From Utricularia gibba (Eukaryota; Plantae; Magnoliophyta), in assembly GCA_002189035.1 (NCBI GenBank), contig NEEC01000017.1, forward strand, positions 2,418,001-2,482,000: a DNA stretch of 64,000 bases, given 5' to 3'. Shown piece after piece: positions 47,883 to 60,815 of this stretch; within the stretch, counting starts at the first letter, position 1; the number at the start of each line of letters is the position of its first letter. The notes below the pieces were generated by a model. It made no database searches. It had not been told where the DNA came from and worked only from the letters and a program-made list of their open reading frames with translations. A program made the translations under genes and the position numbers.

Positions 47883-49760
47883 TACAGGTGGGTTCTGTTC
47901 GAACGGTTGGTTTCGGTTTCCATTAGGTTCCAGGAGGATGTGTACGTACGGTTTTGATTTTGATTCGGTTCAGCAAATTTGGAATCGTGGAACCGACACT
48001 TCCGACCCGTGTATGAACCGAACTGTTTACGGTTCCAAACCAAAACCGTCAGTTCGGAATCGAAAAAAAATTTTAAAAATTAAAAAAATTAAAAAAATTA
48101 AAAAAATTAAAAAAATTAAAAAAATTAAAAAAATTAAAAAAAATTAAAAAAATTAAAAAATTAAAAAAATTAAAAAATTAAAAAAAATTAAAAAAATTAA
48201 AAAAATTAAAAAAATTAAAAAAATTAAAAAAATTAAAAAAATTAAAAAAATTAAAAAAATTAAAAAAATTAAAAAAATTAAAAAAAATTAAAAAAAATTA
48301 AAAAATAAATAAATGTATATGATTTCATACAATTTTTTCAGACACTCATACGACGGAAGTGAGTATCTAGAAAATCTTTTAAAACAACCTCTTCCCAGAC
48401 ACACTCAAGATACATGTGGGTGACTGTAAAATAATCTCATACGCCCTCATGACACTCTTACATGAGGCATGAGTAAATGCGGTTAGTCAAGGAATGGTCT
48501 CTGTCTTTCAGATATTCTTACCGAACACTCACAAGCTAATGTGCGTGTTTGAAAAATGTAATTTTATTGTATATGTTTTCAATTACTGATAATTTTATCA
48601 CTTTAATAATTTATTTCATTTATATATATACTATAAATTATAAAATTAGAGTGAAATTAATAAATATAAAATGTATAATCTCAATATAAAAATACTAAAT
48701 TACTCAAATTTATTGAATAATTTCGATAGTTCAATCAAATAAATATTTTAACATTTCATTACCTACATATTTTTCTCAATAACTAGTTATGCATTGCCAA
48801 TATCTCTAATTTATTCATATTTGTAGTACAATGCATATTTAAATATAAGTATATATTTAAAATACTCATGTGAAGATTACCGTGGTAGCATCATATTTAA
48901 AATATATTTTTTATGTATATATTAATCTCAACGGCTAGTACATGTATTTGTGACTGTGTACACTTTGGAGTTGCACATGGTTTTGAAAGTATCAATTGCT
49001 ATTAATTTAATAAAAAAATTTATCTATATATATGATATGTTTGTCTTATAGTTTTCCATTACTTTCTCTTATTGTCTCATCATTCATTACCAGAAATAAT
49101 TTTATTTCAACTTCTACATACAACTCGTAATTGGAGATACTCTTAAATATCAAGTTTCAAATTTCCACTTGGACGATATTGGTGAAGCTTGCGGGTAACA
49201 GGTTTTTTTTTTTTTTACAACATGGAGGGGTCTGGTTTACAAAATTATTCTCAAGCTTCTCAAACTGATTCTACTATACCTTGCGTTTTTTGAAAATGAT
49301 AGAGAATTTTCTTTTGGGAAAGACCTTCAATTTTTACAACATCTTGAATGTGGTCCCTTACCCGAACATGATGATTTTTATTGAGATAGTTTATCAAGTA
49401 AGTTAAGTTATAGTTTTTTATAAATTAATATAGTATATTACATAATATATATAGTTAAATACAAAAATTAATATTATTAAATATATTGTTTGATAATATT
49501 TAAATATAAAAAAATAATAATTATTACAAATTTCACTGACAATCACCCACAATGATTCATATGGGTGTTTGGAAAACACTTACAAACAGTTACCGATCGA
49601 TTCCAGTTACGGTTCGGTTCGCGAATCTCGGTTCCGGTTTCGGTTCGGTTCAAGGTTTCGTTCGTACGGTTCCGAACCGAAATTGGAACCATTGTCTACA
49701 ATGAACCGCGGTTTTGGAACCGTTCGATTCCGAATGGTTTCGGTTCCGAACCCACCTCTA
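47883..49760. mobile_element. Non-autonomous hAT-family DNA transposon (1878 bp)
   Basis: Perfect 8-bp TSD GTACACGG (47875-47882 and 49761-49768). TIRs TACAGGTGGGTTC / GAACCCACCTCTA match at 12 of 13 positions. Dense subterminal AACCG/CGGTT repeats, AT-rich interior, no transposase ORF. Confidence 0.92.
48062..48305. repeat. (A6-8TT)n minisatellite inside the hAT element
   Basis: More than 25 tandem AAAAAAATT-type units. Confidence 0.92.
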
Positions 49761-50053
49761 GTACACGGCATGGGTGTAGCCCCCCTAAATAAGAAAAAAA
49801 GGATTAAATTAGAAGTTAACGAGATTTAAAATTATACTAATTAAATTTCAACCCCCTTAATATTAAATTAATAAGTACGGGCTAATAAAAGCATTTTTTA
49901 TATTTTATTATATATACTTGTAATTTTTTGTCCTCCTAAATTCAATTTCAAGATCGGCCCCCTGCAAGAGGACACTTAGAAATGAAATAATTAAAATAAA
50001 AATGAGGCGTTAATTGGATCCGAACAACTTCCCAATAAAGCGTCAGGTTTTCT

Positions 50054-50741
50054 TGTCGGAAAATGCCGATAATCGGTAGTACGTCTTTTTCATGCAACCG
50101 AGCATTCACTGGAGTGGACCCCCACTCGTCCTGAATCAACGGGCCTAGTCATTCGGGCCCGATTGGACTCTGGGCCTGCTTCCGATTGAACGGAATCAGA
50201 TCCTACCATCCACGGGCATGGGAAGAGCCCTTCCTTATATTGAGGCTTTCTGGTTTGCAAGTCTGGTTTGTTGGGCTGGAAGAACAACTGGGCCAGAGAC
50301 TGACAAAGCCCATCCAGAAGTCCAACCTTATGTCTTTAGAACAGGGCCCAAGTATCGGAGGCTATAAAAGGAGCCAGTAAATACGACCGTTAGTCAGTTT
50401 TTCTGATCTTCATCCAGAGAAGAGTTTCACGAGCTCTGGTGCGAGCGATTCTTACTCAACCGTCAGTGATTCTTCATCTGGGCGTACCTTAGATTGAAAA
50501 TCGAGGAAGGCAAAGAAGGGATATCTCATTCAGGCGACCATCAGTGCAGATTCGTCTCATTCTCCTTGTTGAGAGAAAATTTGGCCGGTTGAGCCTGTTC
50601 TTGGGAGCTGTTCTTGCTCCCGTGTAGAAACTCGTAAATTAGTGGAGGGTTTCTGAATCTGGTGTGATTAGTACCCGTGGTTTTACCAATTTGGGTTTCC
50701 ACGTTAAAAATCTTGTGTTGTTCTTCTGTTTTGCTCAAACA
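50054..50741 (+). mobile_element. Degenerate LTR-retrotransposon LTR remnant(s)
   Basis: TG start at 50054, CTATAAAAGG at about 50363, a copia-like U5 string CCCGTGGTTTT...GTTTCCACGTTAAAAATCTTGTGTT, and an AACA end. No convincing TSD or PBS. Confidence 0.4.
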
Positions 50742-51245
50742 AATTCGCACAAGAAAGGAAAAATCAGGACGAACTTCGCAACATGGTTTTTTCCTTCGGG
50801 TTGTTGAGCCAACAAACAGCCCTCGAATTTTGCTCTGTGATAATCTTTCATTCTTATACTGTCCAAGGTTTGCATCGACTGAATGAATGTCTTTAGGTGA
50901 AATCCATTAACCCAGAGGTAATTTGATCGTGGGAATCCCTGGTAAAATTTTTTATTGGTCCGGGTGGAACAAGTGTAAGGAAATGGTGAACCACTTGGCG
51001 GCAGTAGATATTTCTCTGCTGGATTAGCAGTAAAAAAACCATCTTTTTATATGACCGCTGATTCGTTTTCTTCTGATATATAGATGGGCTTTAGATTCTA
51101 TGATCTCTCACTCTGTTTTGTGGGAATCGAAGCTCTACATCGAGAATATTTTTGCCTCCATAGAATTCGAGTTTACAAGATTAGTTGTTCAATGTTGCAG
51201 CACCACAAAAAATCATTGATGTGTCCTGGAGAGTCTCCTTAATAA

Positions 51246-54121
51246 TCACTGTAATGGAGAGTTTAGACCCTCTTGAGAGGCCAAAGTATGCATAGCTTGG
51301 TACCTGTTTGAAGAAAAAGGTTGTGGCATACTTCGAAATGAAGGCCTCTTCTTGAGCTGATGCATAGTTTTCTTCGCACGGCAATTTCGATAGAGTGGCA
51401 TGGCACTCTCCTTGAGCTTGATGGAGAAAAAGAACAGCAGCCGGAAAGCTACTAGAAGTGCGGCTACTGCCAACAAATCCCACCATTTTGAATGAGTAAT
51501 GGGCATGCCTAGCCAGGAACTGAGTAGCCTTTCTCCTGGTATTTTGGGTTGGTCCCCTTGCAGGGTTTCAAACTCCACCCCTATCATTTCATTTTTCATG
51601 GCACCCTGGAAAGAATTTCAAAAAAGAACAGTGTCATAGTTATATTTGACTAATGCAGACTTTTCAGATTGCACATTAAGATATAGAAAAAGGACATTGT
51701 TTGCACCTCTAATGCCCATGACATGTAGTTGATGTAATAAATTGGATATTTCCAGACTATCGCAGGGAGATCCGGAAAGTGACGGAGAAAACCAGATGTT
51801 GTCGCCATGAGAGCCTGCGTTTCCAAGCCAGGTTCAGGTTAGATAGAGAAAATTACTACTGCTATTGATTTTGTACCGAGTATTGAAATACTTGCCACAA
51901 AACTAGTTCCAAGAAGGACGCACATCAAAAAATTAGGAGCGAATGCAGCTATGACCAACATGCAACTCTCTGTTACAGCTACGGAGAGAAAGAAGTCAAG
52001 GGTGAAGAATGCAAGGTGGTATAATCCAGAATGATACTTCATCATGTAAAATATGATTGCAGGTGTACTGCATGAAATCCCAACCAAGAATGGGAGTGAA
52101 GAGATGAAGTTTGATAGAGTGTACACTGCAACACCATAATGCCTGCTAAGCCTCTCCTTAGTGAATACCTGGTTTTTTTTTTTTTTCAAAATGAGCAATG
52201 GGAGTTATTTATTGGGGCATCTGTTTGCTGCATCAACTCAGATTAGTATTGCGGATTCACCTTCATTTCTTCGACGAGTGATGGGAAGACTCCGACGCTT
52301 ATTAACATCATAGAGCCGAACACGAAAGCTTCGCTTGCTCCTCTAACTTGGGCTGAAGTAATAAGGTAATTTTCTCCAGTTGCGTAGAAGATGGTACCAA
52401 CACTGATAGACACTGCTATGTAGACTAGCATCCGTAACCAGTAGTAACCAAAGTCCCTATTCATGTTCACGAAAGATCGCTTGGTCAAGGTCCCAAATTG
52501 TGTCATCCATGCTGCCTTGCTTGGTCCAACCTCCCCAAAGTCTGACCCTTCCTGAGAAAGTAGAAACAAAACGTTTCTGTCAGTTTCCCCTGAGGTGAAG
52601 AATTGAAGTAAGAGCAAGTGTTGGGAAAATGCTCACGGTAGTTGACAATTCTTTTGCTCTTGCTTTCACTTGTGGTGCATAGCTCTGGTAAGTCTGGATT
52701 AGCCTTGCTCTTATTTCTGTTGTTGCTGGTAGACTCATAGCTGATCCGTTGCTGCTAGATTCTTGCGCCGTTAAGTTTTTCACATCCCCCTGATTCAGAG
52801 AGATATTTGAGAGAGTAGGGATGATAAAAAAAGATATTCCATTCCACATTAAGCAGTTTCCATGGTGTTGCAGCATTAGAAATCACTTACTTTTAGTCTG
52901 AAACTCCCTGTTAATGTTTTTCTCACATGATCGAAGTCTGAATTTGTGCAGACTAGAAAATGATCGGAGGGATTCCTTCTAGTCGGACATGGGAAGCCAG
53001 CCTCGGAGAAGAACTGCCAACACAGAAACCGGAGGTGTCATGAATCGGAAGAAAATATATGCATATCTACACTTTCCATATGGTGTACCTCAACAGCTTT
53101 CCCAGCTTCACCAAAATATATAGTTTGTCCACTAGACAGGAGTAGCAGATCATGAAACAGAGCGAACACTTGACTGCTGGGCTGATGAATGGAGGAGATG
53201 ATCGTTCTGCCGCTGAGTGCAAGGCTCCTCAGAGTTTGGACAACAAAGAAACTAGCTGCACTGTCAAGGCCGGATGTCGGCTCATCAAGGAGCAGAAGAC
53301 TGGGTTGCGTTATGATCTCCAAACCGATGCTCAGCCTCCTCTTCTCCCCACCGCTTATCCCCCTCCGAAGGCAGTTTCCGACGACTGCATCAGCACAATC
53401 CTGCAGTCCCATCTCCGATATCGTCGTCTCCACCGCGTTGTTGAGCTCGTCCCTTGTGGTGCCCTTCGGAAAGCGAAGCTTAGCGGAGTAGGCGAGGGTC
53501 TCTCGGACGGTAAGAGTGCCCAAGAAGCCACATTCTTGAGTAACATATGCCTGTTGTTGATCACCAGTCAATCCGCCATCAAGTGCCTGTGGCTGACTAA
53601 ACATAAGTGACTTACCCCGATGTTGTCATTAAGTTTCCTTCTTCTCCCATTCAGTGAAATGCTTCCTGACATCACCACGCTGATTGGCAGCCTCCCTACA
53701 GGTACAAATCCATTGCAGTTACAGGCGAGTGCTCTGCGTTTTTCCACTCCCTTTCTATGCATCAAATTTCGCAGAAAAAAAGTAAATGTATCTTCTGTAC
53801 ATGAAAGCTGTGTTTTTTTTTTTCCGCTAGGGAAAAAGCATCATCCAAATTCCATGAATGTATGGAAATGCATGAGTGTGAGATGGTTGAACGGGGACCT
53901 GCCAATGCATCCAAGAAGGTGGACTTGCCAGAGCCGGAAGGGCCCATGACGGCCATTATCCTTCCCCGGAGAGCGTATCCGGTTAGCCCGTCGATGAGTC
54001 GTCTCGGCGAACGGGTTCTGGTGTTGGGAAGCACCACCGTCAAATCCTTCCAAACCAAGGCCCCAACTCCCTGATTCTCCACCGCCGGAGCAGGAGAAGG
54101 AGCCGTTGCCTCGATATCCAT
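51246..54121 (-). CDS. ABCG half-transporter, derived copy 3
   Basis: Nine exons, open reading frame throughout. [31 protein letters not shown] and a TMD. Confidence 0.92.
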
Positions 54122-54918
54122 TTGAAGAGGGGGCTCAGTGGGCGGAGTTGCGAGAGCCGATGGAGCCTCATTTATAAATAAACCGATGCAGTCCAAAAAA
54201 AAAAATATCTGCCGCTGCAGCCGGGAAGGAATCGGCAGAACTTGTCGCACAAGTGGCGTGGGTACGGCGAAAAACAAACCACCGTCACTTCAAAGCTGCC
54301 TCAACTACCCACCCCCTGCCCTCGTGACAGGTTCAAGCCCATGCATTACAGGTATCGTGAAAAGGGGGGATGCTCCTGAGCAGGCATTGAATGCAGTAGC
54401 TGGTTCTGGGTCAAAGCTTGCTGCTGGTATTTTTGGTGTAGCCCCAGGCGTTCGACGTTCTCTTACTTTTCCACCCACCGCCCTGTGTGTCCAGGGCCAT
54501 GTCCCAAATGGGGTTCTTCTCTCTTCTGTCACGAGATTGCAGGACCCCATTCCATATTGGAATGAACATCAACGCCCTTGTAGGCGTCTCCCGGTAACAT
54601 CTCCAACCTTGGTTTTCGTAGTGCATCATCATGCTTTCCGGTCCGACTGGTTGCCAGGTTGTCTCTAATTCATCTGGCCCGTTTGTCGAGTAGGGCAGGA
54701 CCAGCCGGGGGCGTCCGAGGGCGCGCACGCAGGCGGGGGGACAGTTGGAAAAGCAAGAACGCCCACACGATGTCTGAGCCCCACTTTCATTCATTAAGGT
54801 TTAACTCAACATTAAATGATCTTGATTAATTTCAACTGTGGGAATGCTTTTGCGGGCAACACTGAAACAGAGGGAGCAGCTGACAACAGAATCATCATCA
54901 TCATACACCCAGAAAGCT

Positions 54919-57900
54919 CTAGGAGATTGGGGAGCTGAGTCCTTCCTGGGAAGACAGGGGATGGAGATTATGATACCTGCTCGAGGAAACCGAAGGCTTC
55001 CTCTTGAAAGACGGCCGCTTCTTGAAGCGCTGCCGCATTCTCTCCGCATACAGTGACTGAAAATAGGGGCCAACTTTCTCCCTCGTCTTCAGGATCAGGA
55101 AGAACAGGAACCGGTAGCAGATGATCAGCGAATACAGCACCAGCAGATCCCACCACTTGGAATGATCTAAAGGGATTTTGAACATCTTTTGTATCAGATC
55201 TTCGCCTCTCACGTGCTGGCCCCCAGGAAACAACGGGTCGAAAACCAGTCCTATTAGATCATTTTTGATGCCCCCCTGTGTCCATATGCACAAGAAACAA
55301 GGAAGGTCTCAGTTTCAGTAACCAGCCAGGGGTGTAGTAGCAGAGGTGAGTCTGTACCTGCAGCGACCATGAACCGTAGCCCATGAACGAAACCGGGTAG
55401 CGCCAGAACGGCTTCGGAAGCTCATCCAGAAACCGGAAGAAGCCGGCAGTCAGCATCATAATGCCCTGGATCAGTACACAAATCATGTATTCATTAGATG
55501 TCCATTGCTGCTTGGTACTTTGCAATGGAAGAAGAGTGCTTACAAGAACACCAGCTCCAGCAATGATTCCCATTAAGAAGTTAGGGACAAGGGAAGCTAC
55601 AATCATCATGACGCTTTCCACCATGGCGATGGATCCAAATAAGTTGAGGCAAAAGAAGACATAATGTGAGAACTCATGCCGGAATTTCACCATGTAGAAA
55701 GTTATCGTCCCCGACAATATCGAGACAGCAGCCAAAAACGGCAAGGAAGAGAAGAAGTTTGATAGTATGTACACAGAGACTCCATAGTATCCATTACGCC
55801 TTTCTCTAGAGAACACCTGGTTTCAATGGGAAACAAGGGGGGGCTATCAATTTTACATTGCACAAGACGAAAAGACTGTCTCTGTCATTACCATTACCAT
55901 TACCTTTACTTCTTCGATGAAAGATGGAAATCCTCCGATAGACATGAAGGTCATGAAGCCAGTGACAAAGCCACCACAAGCACCCCTAGCCAATATTGAA
56001 GAGTAACCGGTGCCAACATCGTAAAATAGTGTTCCCACAGATATTGCTACCAAGATGTATATGACGATCCGAGACCAGTAGTATCCAATGTCACGATTCA
56101 TATTCTTGAATGATCTCTGTGTCAAGGTCAGTAGCTGCTTCCACCACCCTGCTCGACTGCCCATCTTTGAGTGTAGCTCCGGCCACTGCTGCAAAAATGT
56201 TTACAAGCCTCAGTGTATCAGCAGGTGACTTATTGATAGATTTTTACAAGTATCATAGATTCACTTACAACTTTGGACACTTCCTTCATCCTGTGTTTGA
56301 CTCTTCTCCTATACTCCGAGTGCTGGTACTTGTCAACAAGGATGGATTTGATGTTTCCTGTGCCAATACTCATCAGTGGATCTGAGTCCTGAGCGTGGTC
56401 CTCCTGCAAATGAGGCATAATTCAAGAGCCTTCAACGGTATGTATATACTCTGAAAGGCATGGCAATATGAGGTGTACACTGTTAACCTTGAGCAGCCTC
56501 CGCAGGGAGCCTTTCAGTGTGGCTGTGACCACGTCGAAGTCGGAATTAATGCAGCGGAGGAAATGGTCAGAAGGGTTTCTCCTACTTGAGCAGGGGAACC
56601 CTGCTTCCGCAAAGAACTGAAAAACAACCAGGAAAGATGAGCTGCAGTAGACCGTTTGACATCAAATTTTGTTGTGCAAGAATTTGTTACCTCTGTTGCC
56701 TTCTTAGCTTCACCGAAGTAAACAGTTTCTCCACCGGAAAGCAAACAAAGATCATCGAAGAGTGCGAAAACTTCACTGCTGGGCTGATGAATTGAGGAGA
56801 TAACCGTTCTTCCATCCCTTGCAAGCTTCCTGATGGAATGTATCACAAAGAAGGCAGCTGCACTATCAAGGCCACTAGTTGGTTCATCAAGAAACATCAA
56901 ACGGGGGCGAATCAAAAGCTCAAGGGCGATGCTCAATCTCTTCCTTTCCCCTCCACTAATTCCTCTTAACTGCCAGTTTCCAACCAACCGATCAGCACAA
57001 TCTTGAAGCCCCATCTCGAAAATGGTGCCATCCACAATGACTTTGATGTCATGTCGAGTCATGAAGCGCGGAAGCCTCAAGTGAGCAGAGTAGCTTAAAG
57101 TCTCTCTGACCGTAAGTGTTCCCAACAGCACGTCCTCTTGTGTGACATATGCCTGAAAGCGATTGTCCTTAACTCAAGTTCATGCAACATTCAAATGACT
57201 TCTCAGATTGCTTACAACAACTCCGTAGTCGAGACTCTGCTTTTTGCCGTTGAGAAGAACACTTCCACTCATGACAACATTTCTTGATAACCTGCCTGTT
57301 AAAACAAGTTCCACTTGTCAGCTTCAACAAGTAACACCTTCAATCCGACAAAAAATCATTGATGTTGCCTATGGGCTTATAACTCATAGGTAATTCAATC
57401 CGACAAAAAAACTCGACATCAAATAACTCTTACTAGAGAGTGGCAGATTGTGACAGAATCATGAGCCCAACATTATAGCAGCATTTAACACCCATTGCTG
57501 TCTATACTCCAAAAGGTGGTCTAGAGTATTTTCCTTTCTCTTTTTAGTTAACAAATTAACACCCATCATCCCCACTTCGCCCGAATGGATCGGATTGTTA
57601 AACCAGGAGAGGTTTCCAACTGAGCAGTACTTAAGGGTCTATTTATTGAGTTAGAACCAATTCGTAGTCAAATCTGAATCTGAAGAAAGAGATGGGTTTC
57701 CCTTTTTTGAATTTGGTTTCAAAACCCCTTGTAACCCAAACACAAAAGGAAAGAACAAAAAGGAGAGAGGAGCAGAAAAGATGAGAGACCTGCCAAGGAA
57801 TCTAGTAGTGTTGACTTGCCGGATCCGGAAGGGCCCATAATAGCCATTATCCGACCCGGTTCAGCGTAGCCGTTGAGACCATGGAGCAGCTTCTTCGTCG

Positions 57901-58041
57901 GGCCGTGCCCGAAATTGGGGAGCACCACCGTCAAATCCTCCCAAACCAGAAACGCTTCCACGCCTCTCCACGACCCTACGTCCAGAAATCCATCGCCGCC
58001 GCCGCTGGCTCCCCACTACTTCCGGCCGCCTCTATCTCCAT
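54919..58041 (-). CDS. ABCG half-transporter, canonical ABCG15/ABCG12(CER5)-like copy
   Basis: Nine exons. [76 protein letters not shown]. Needs +1 nt at about 57980-58020. Confidence 0.93.
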
Positions 58042-58611
58042 AAAACCCGAGAGTTGAAAAATGACACCCCTTTGAAGCTCTGAACGAGAACCTGCTATTC
58101 ACATATTAGTTTTACCGCAAAGACTGGATCTTTTCGCCTTGGTTAATGCAGCAGCAATAAATAATAAAGGGGAAGCAACAGATGGAGCTGGAAGAGAGGA
58201 ATGGGTTTAGAGATAATATATATACAAGTAATGGCATCCTCCAATCCGTAGCTGAAATTTAATGCATTGGGTCCAATGAGGAAGCTAACGGTTGCAGGGG
58301 TAGTAGCGCATTACTGTATTGCACCCAGCGAACACAGGACACGAGAAGAAAAAATGTGATTGAAATTGCTCCATGATTATTGCACAGCCGCCCCCCTTCC
58401 AACCCGTGTGATGCTGTCCAAGTCAAAGACTGTATCTTTAACACTTTCACATAAAAGAAGAGTAAGGTATGAGCTGGGTTGATGAAACCAAGACAAAAAC
58501 CAAAAGGAGAAGGCAATAAATGAGGAGAAGAAGAAGATGCGCCGTGGGTCGGTATCAGTCTAATCACTAGTGGTTTGTTTGGATGGAAGTTGGGCAGCAG
58601 CACTACCAGGA

Positions 58612-58821
58612 GATGAATGATGAATGATTGCCGTGAAGACCAACATTACTCTATTTTCATTAGATTGGATTAGAAAATGAGAATGGGCCACATCCGGTGT
58701 TTTCCGATCTCACAAAGATGAATGATGAATGATTGCCGTGAAGACCAACATTACTCTATTTTCATTATATTGGATTAGAAAATGAGAACGGGCCATATCT
58801 GGTGTTTTCCGATCTCACAAA
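58612..58821. repeat. 105-bp tandem duplication upstream of canonical ABCG
   Basis: 58612-58716 is repeated at 58717-58821 with about 4 mismatches. Confidence 0.93.
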
Positions 58822-59272
58822 TTCAATTTGGTGCACATGGAAATATAATGATCCGCCCAGGTTTGAGGGGCATTATCATAATCCCATTGTGGTTCTATTC
58901 AAGTTCATTGCATCGCTCCATTTTCAAGGACAGCCCAGAACTAGTTAATACAACATAAACTGCTCTCTGACTCTCACTCGCCTTCGCGGTTGGGGCAAAA
59001 ACATTTTTTTAGCTCAACTCAGTCAGGGTATCCTTTTTTGGGACTCGCTCGCTTGTCGTTGGGAGAAGAGGAAAAAAGGATTATTTGACATGCCTCTGAA
59101 GTTGAACATAGTTTTCAAAGAGTCACGTTCCCAGAATACACACAACCTACCAAAGCAGTTCACAACAAAGCATCCATCTGACATGAAGGGCAAGGGAATC
59201 ATTAACAGATGAAAAACCGACAGTCTTAACGTCGCAACACTGATGGAAAATTAAATCAAGTGATTGCAACAA

Positions 59273-59967
59273 GCAGAATGAATACCCCACTGTAAAAATC
59301 TTCTTTGCTGAATATCCCGCCTTTTCACTTTTTTGTAGAATACTTCAATTTTTTGTTTTATTTGTTGAATATCCCTAATTTTCTTACGAAAAAATAATAA
59401 AAAATACATATGAATAATATATGAAAAATAAATACATTCATTTGTAAAAATATATTTATAGAAATATTTTTTCAAATAAATTTTAATTTATTATGTTATA
59501 TTTTCAATTGAATTTATTAATACATTTATAGAAGTATTGTTTTTAAATAATAATCTGATCAATAATTCTATCTTATTATTATATTTTCAATAAACTTTAT
59601 AAATTATGTTACATACAATTTTTTTAAATTAAGTAAAACATAAATCGGTTGCACAAATTCCATTATAAATCAGATATTAATAAAATACAATTTAAATAAA
59701 TAGACTAAAGCTAATCTTACACTTATATGTACATAAATCACATGTAAGAAATTAAATTATAAATATTTATTATTTAATTCATATCTATATAATCCATAGT
59801 TAAAATAGTATATGATTATACCATGTATTTGTTATAGGTGTTAGTTATGATTATAGTAAAGACATGTTTTTGTAAAAATATTTTGATTTTACAATTTACA
59901 AAGTATTGAATTAATTTGAAATCAAAATTGAATTAAAATTAAAACTTTGAATAACAAATATTTATAT

Positions 59968-60010
<43 letters not shown>

Positions 60011-60110
60011 TTAATTACATTTTTAAAAACATTATCTCAAATGTTTTTTATTGAATTATTTGTTATTTCTATGTTTATGTTTTTATAATATTATTTTTTT
60101 AATTTTTTGT

Positions 60111-60146
<36 letters not shown>

Positions 60147-60293
60147 TAAATAACATTAATACATCAAAAAAAATATTTTTTTAATATATTTATATACAAA
60201 ATAATAATAAAAATTAAAAGAGGGGTATTTAACCAATATTTTTAGAACCTCGGGTATTCTGCAAACCTGTTTTTTTACAGTGCATTATTCTGC
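59273..60293. mobile_element. Possible AT-rich non-autonomous TIR element (~1 kb)
   Basis: Imperfect inverted termini GCAGAAT...CACTGTAAAAA / TTTTTACAGTG...ATTCTGC, CAA on both flanks, and a very AT-rich interior with (TA)n tracts at about 59973-60008 and 60116-60142. Confidence 0.4.
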
Positions 60294-60815
60294 CAAGGAA
60301 GCCCAGAATCAACGCACTGTAATCCGTTTTCTATAATATTGAATTAGATGATCAGCAAACTTTGGCGGCGCCCACGTTTAGATTTGACAAGTATATCGGC
60401 CATTTTCGTGGAAGCAACGTGATGAATTGATGATTGGGAGGGAGCAAACAAAAGTGTTCAGTCATGAAGCGGAATAAAAACGTGGTAAAGTTACTCCAAC
60501 CGACAAACCCCCTTTCGCACCCATAGTGCCATTAAGATCAAGATCCCGGAGGTTGATATCAGATATAACAGGATCGGCACCGGCAATGTGGTCGGAAGAT
60601 GAATACGCACAAACGAGAAGATTATTCGCCTCGGGTCAACCTTCTCATGCCGGATTTCCGTATGGTGGCATATTTCATACAAGTCAACAGTGGGGGAGTG
60701 GAATAGACTTCCCTCTATTTAAACCACAGTTTGAGCGTTTTCATTGAAAAGGTTCTTCCTTTTTAACAACACTCTTGCCACTTTTGGGTCAGTTATTGAT
60801 TGTTAGCGAATAGCA

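Noticed and set aside
47938-48147. KKI-repeat ORF
   Set aside because: This is a translation of the A-rich minisatellite inside the hAT element.
47856-49965. Older GGGGGCGG...GGCCCCCTG MITE hosting the hAT insertion
   Set aside because: The termini are only loosely complementary and no TSD was found.
42846-53610. Recurrent plus-strand ORFs (e.g. 42846, 46798, 53152, 53189)
   Set aside because: These are antisense shadows of the paralogous ABCG NBD exons.
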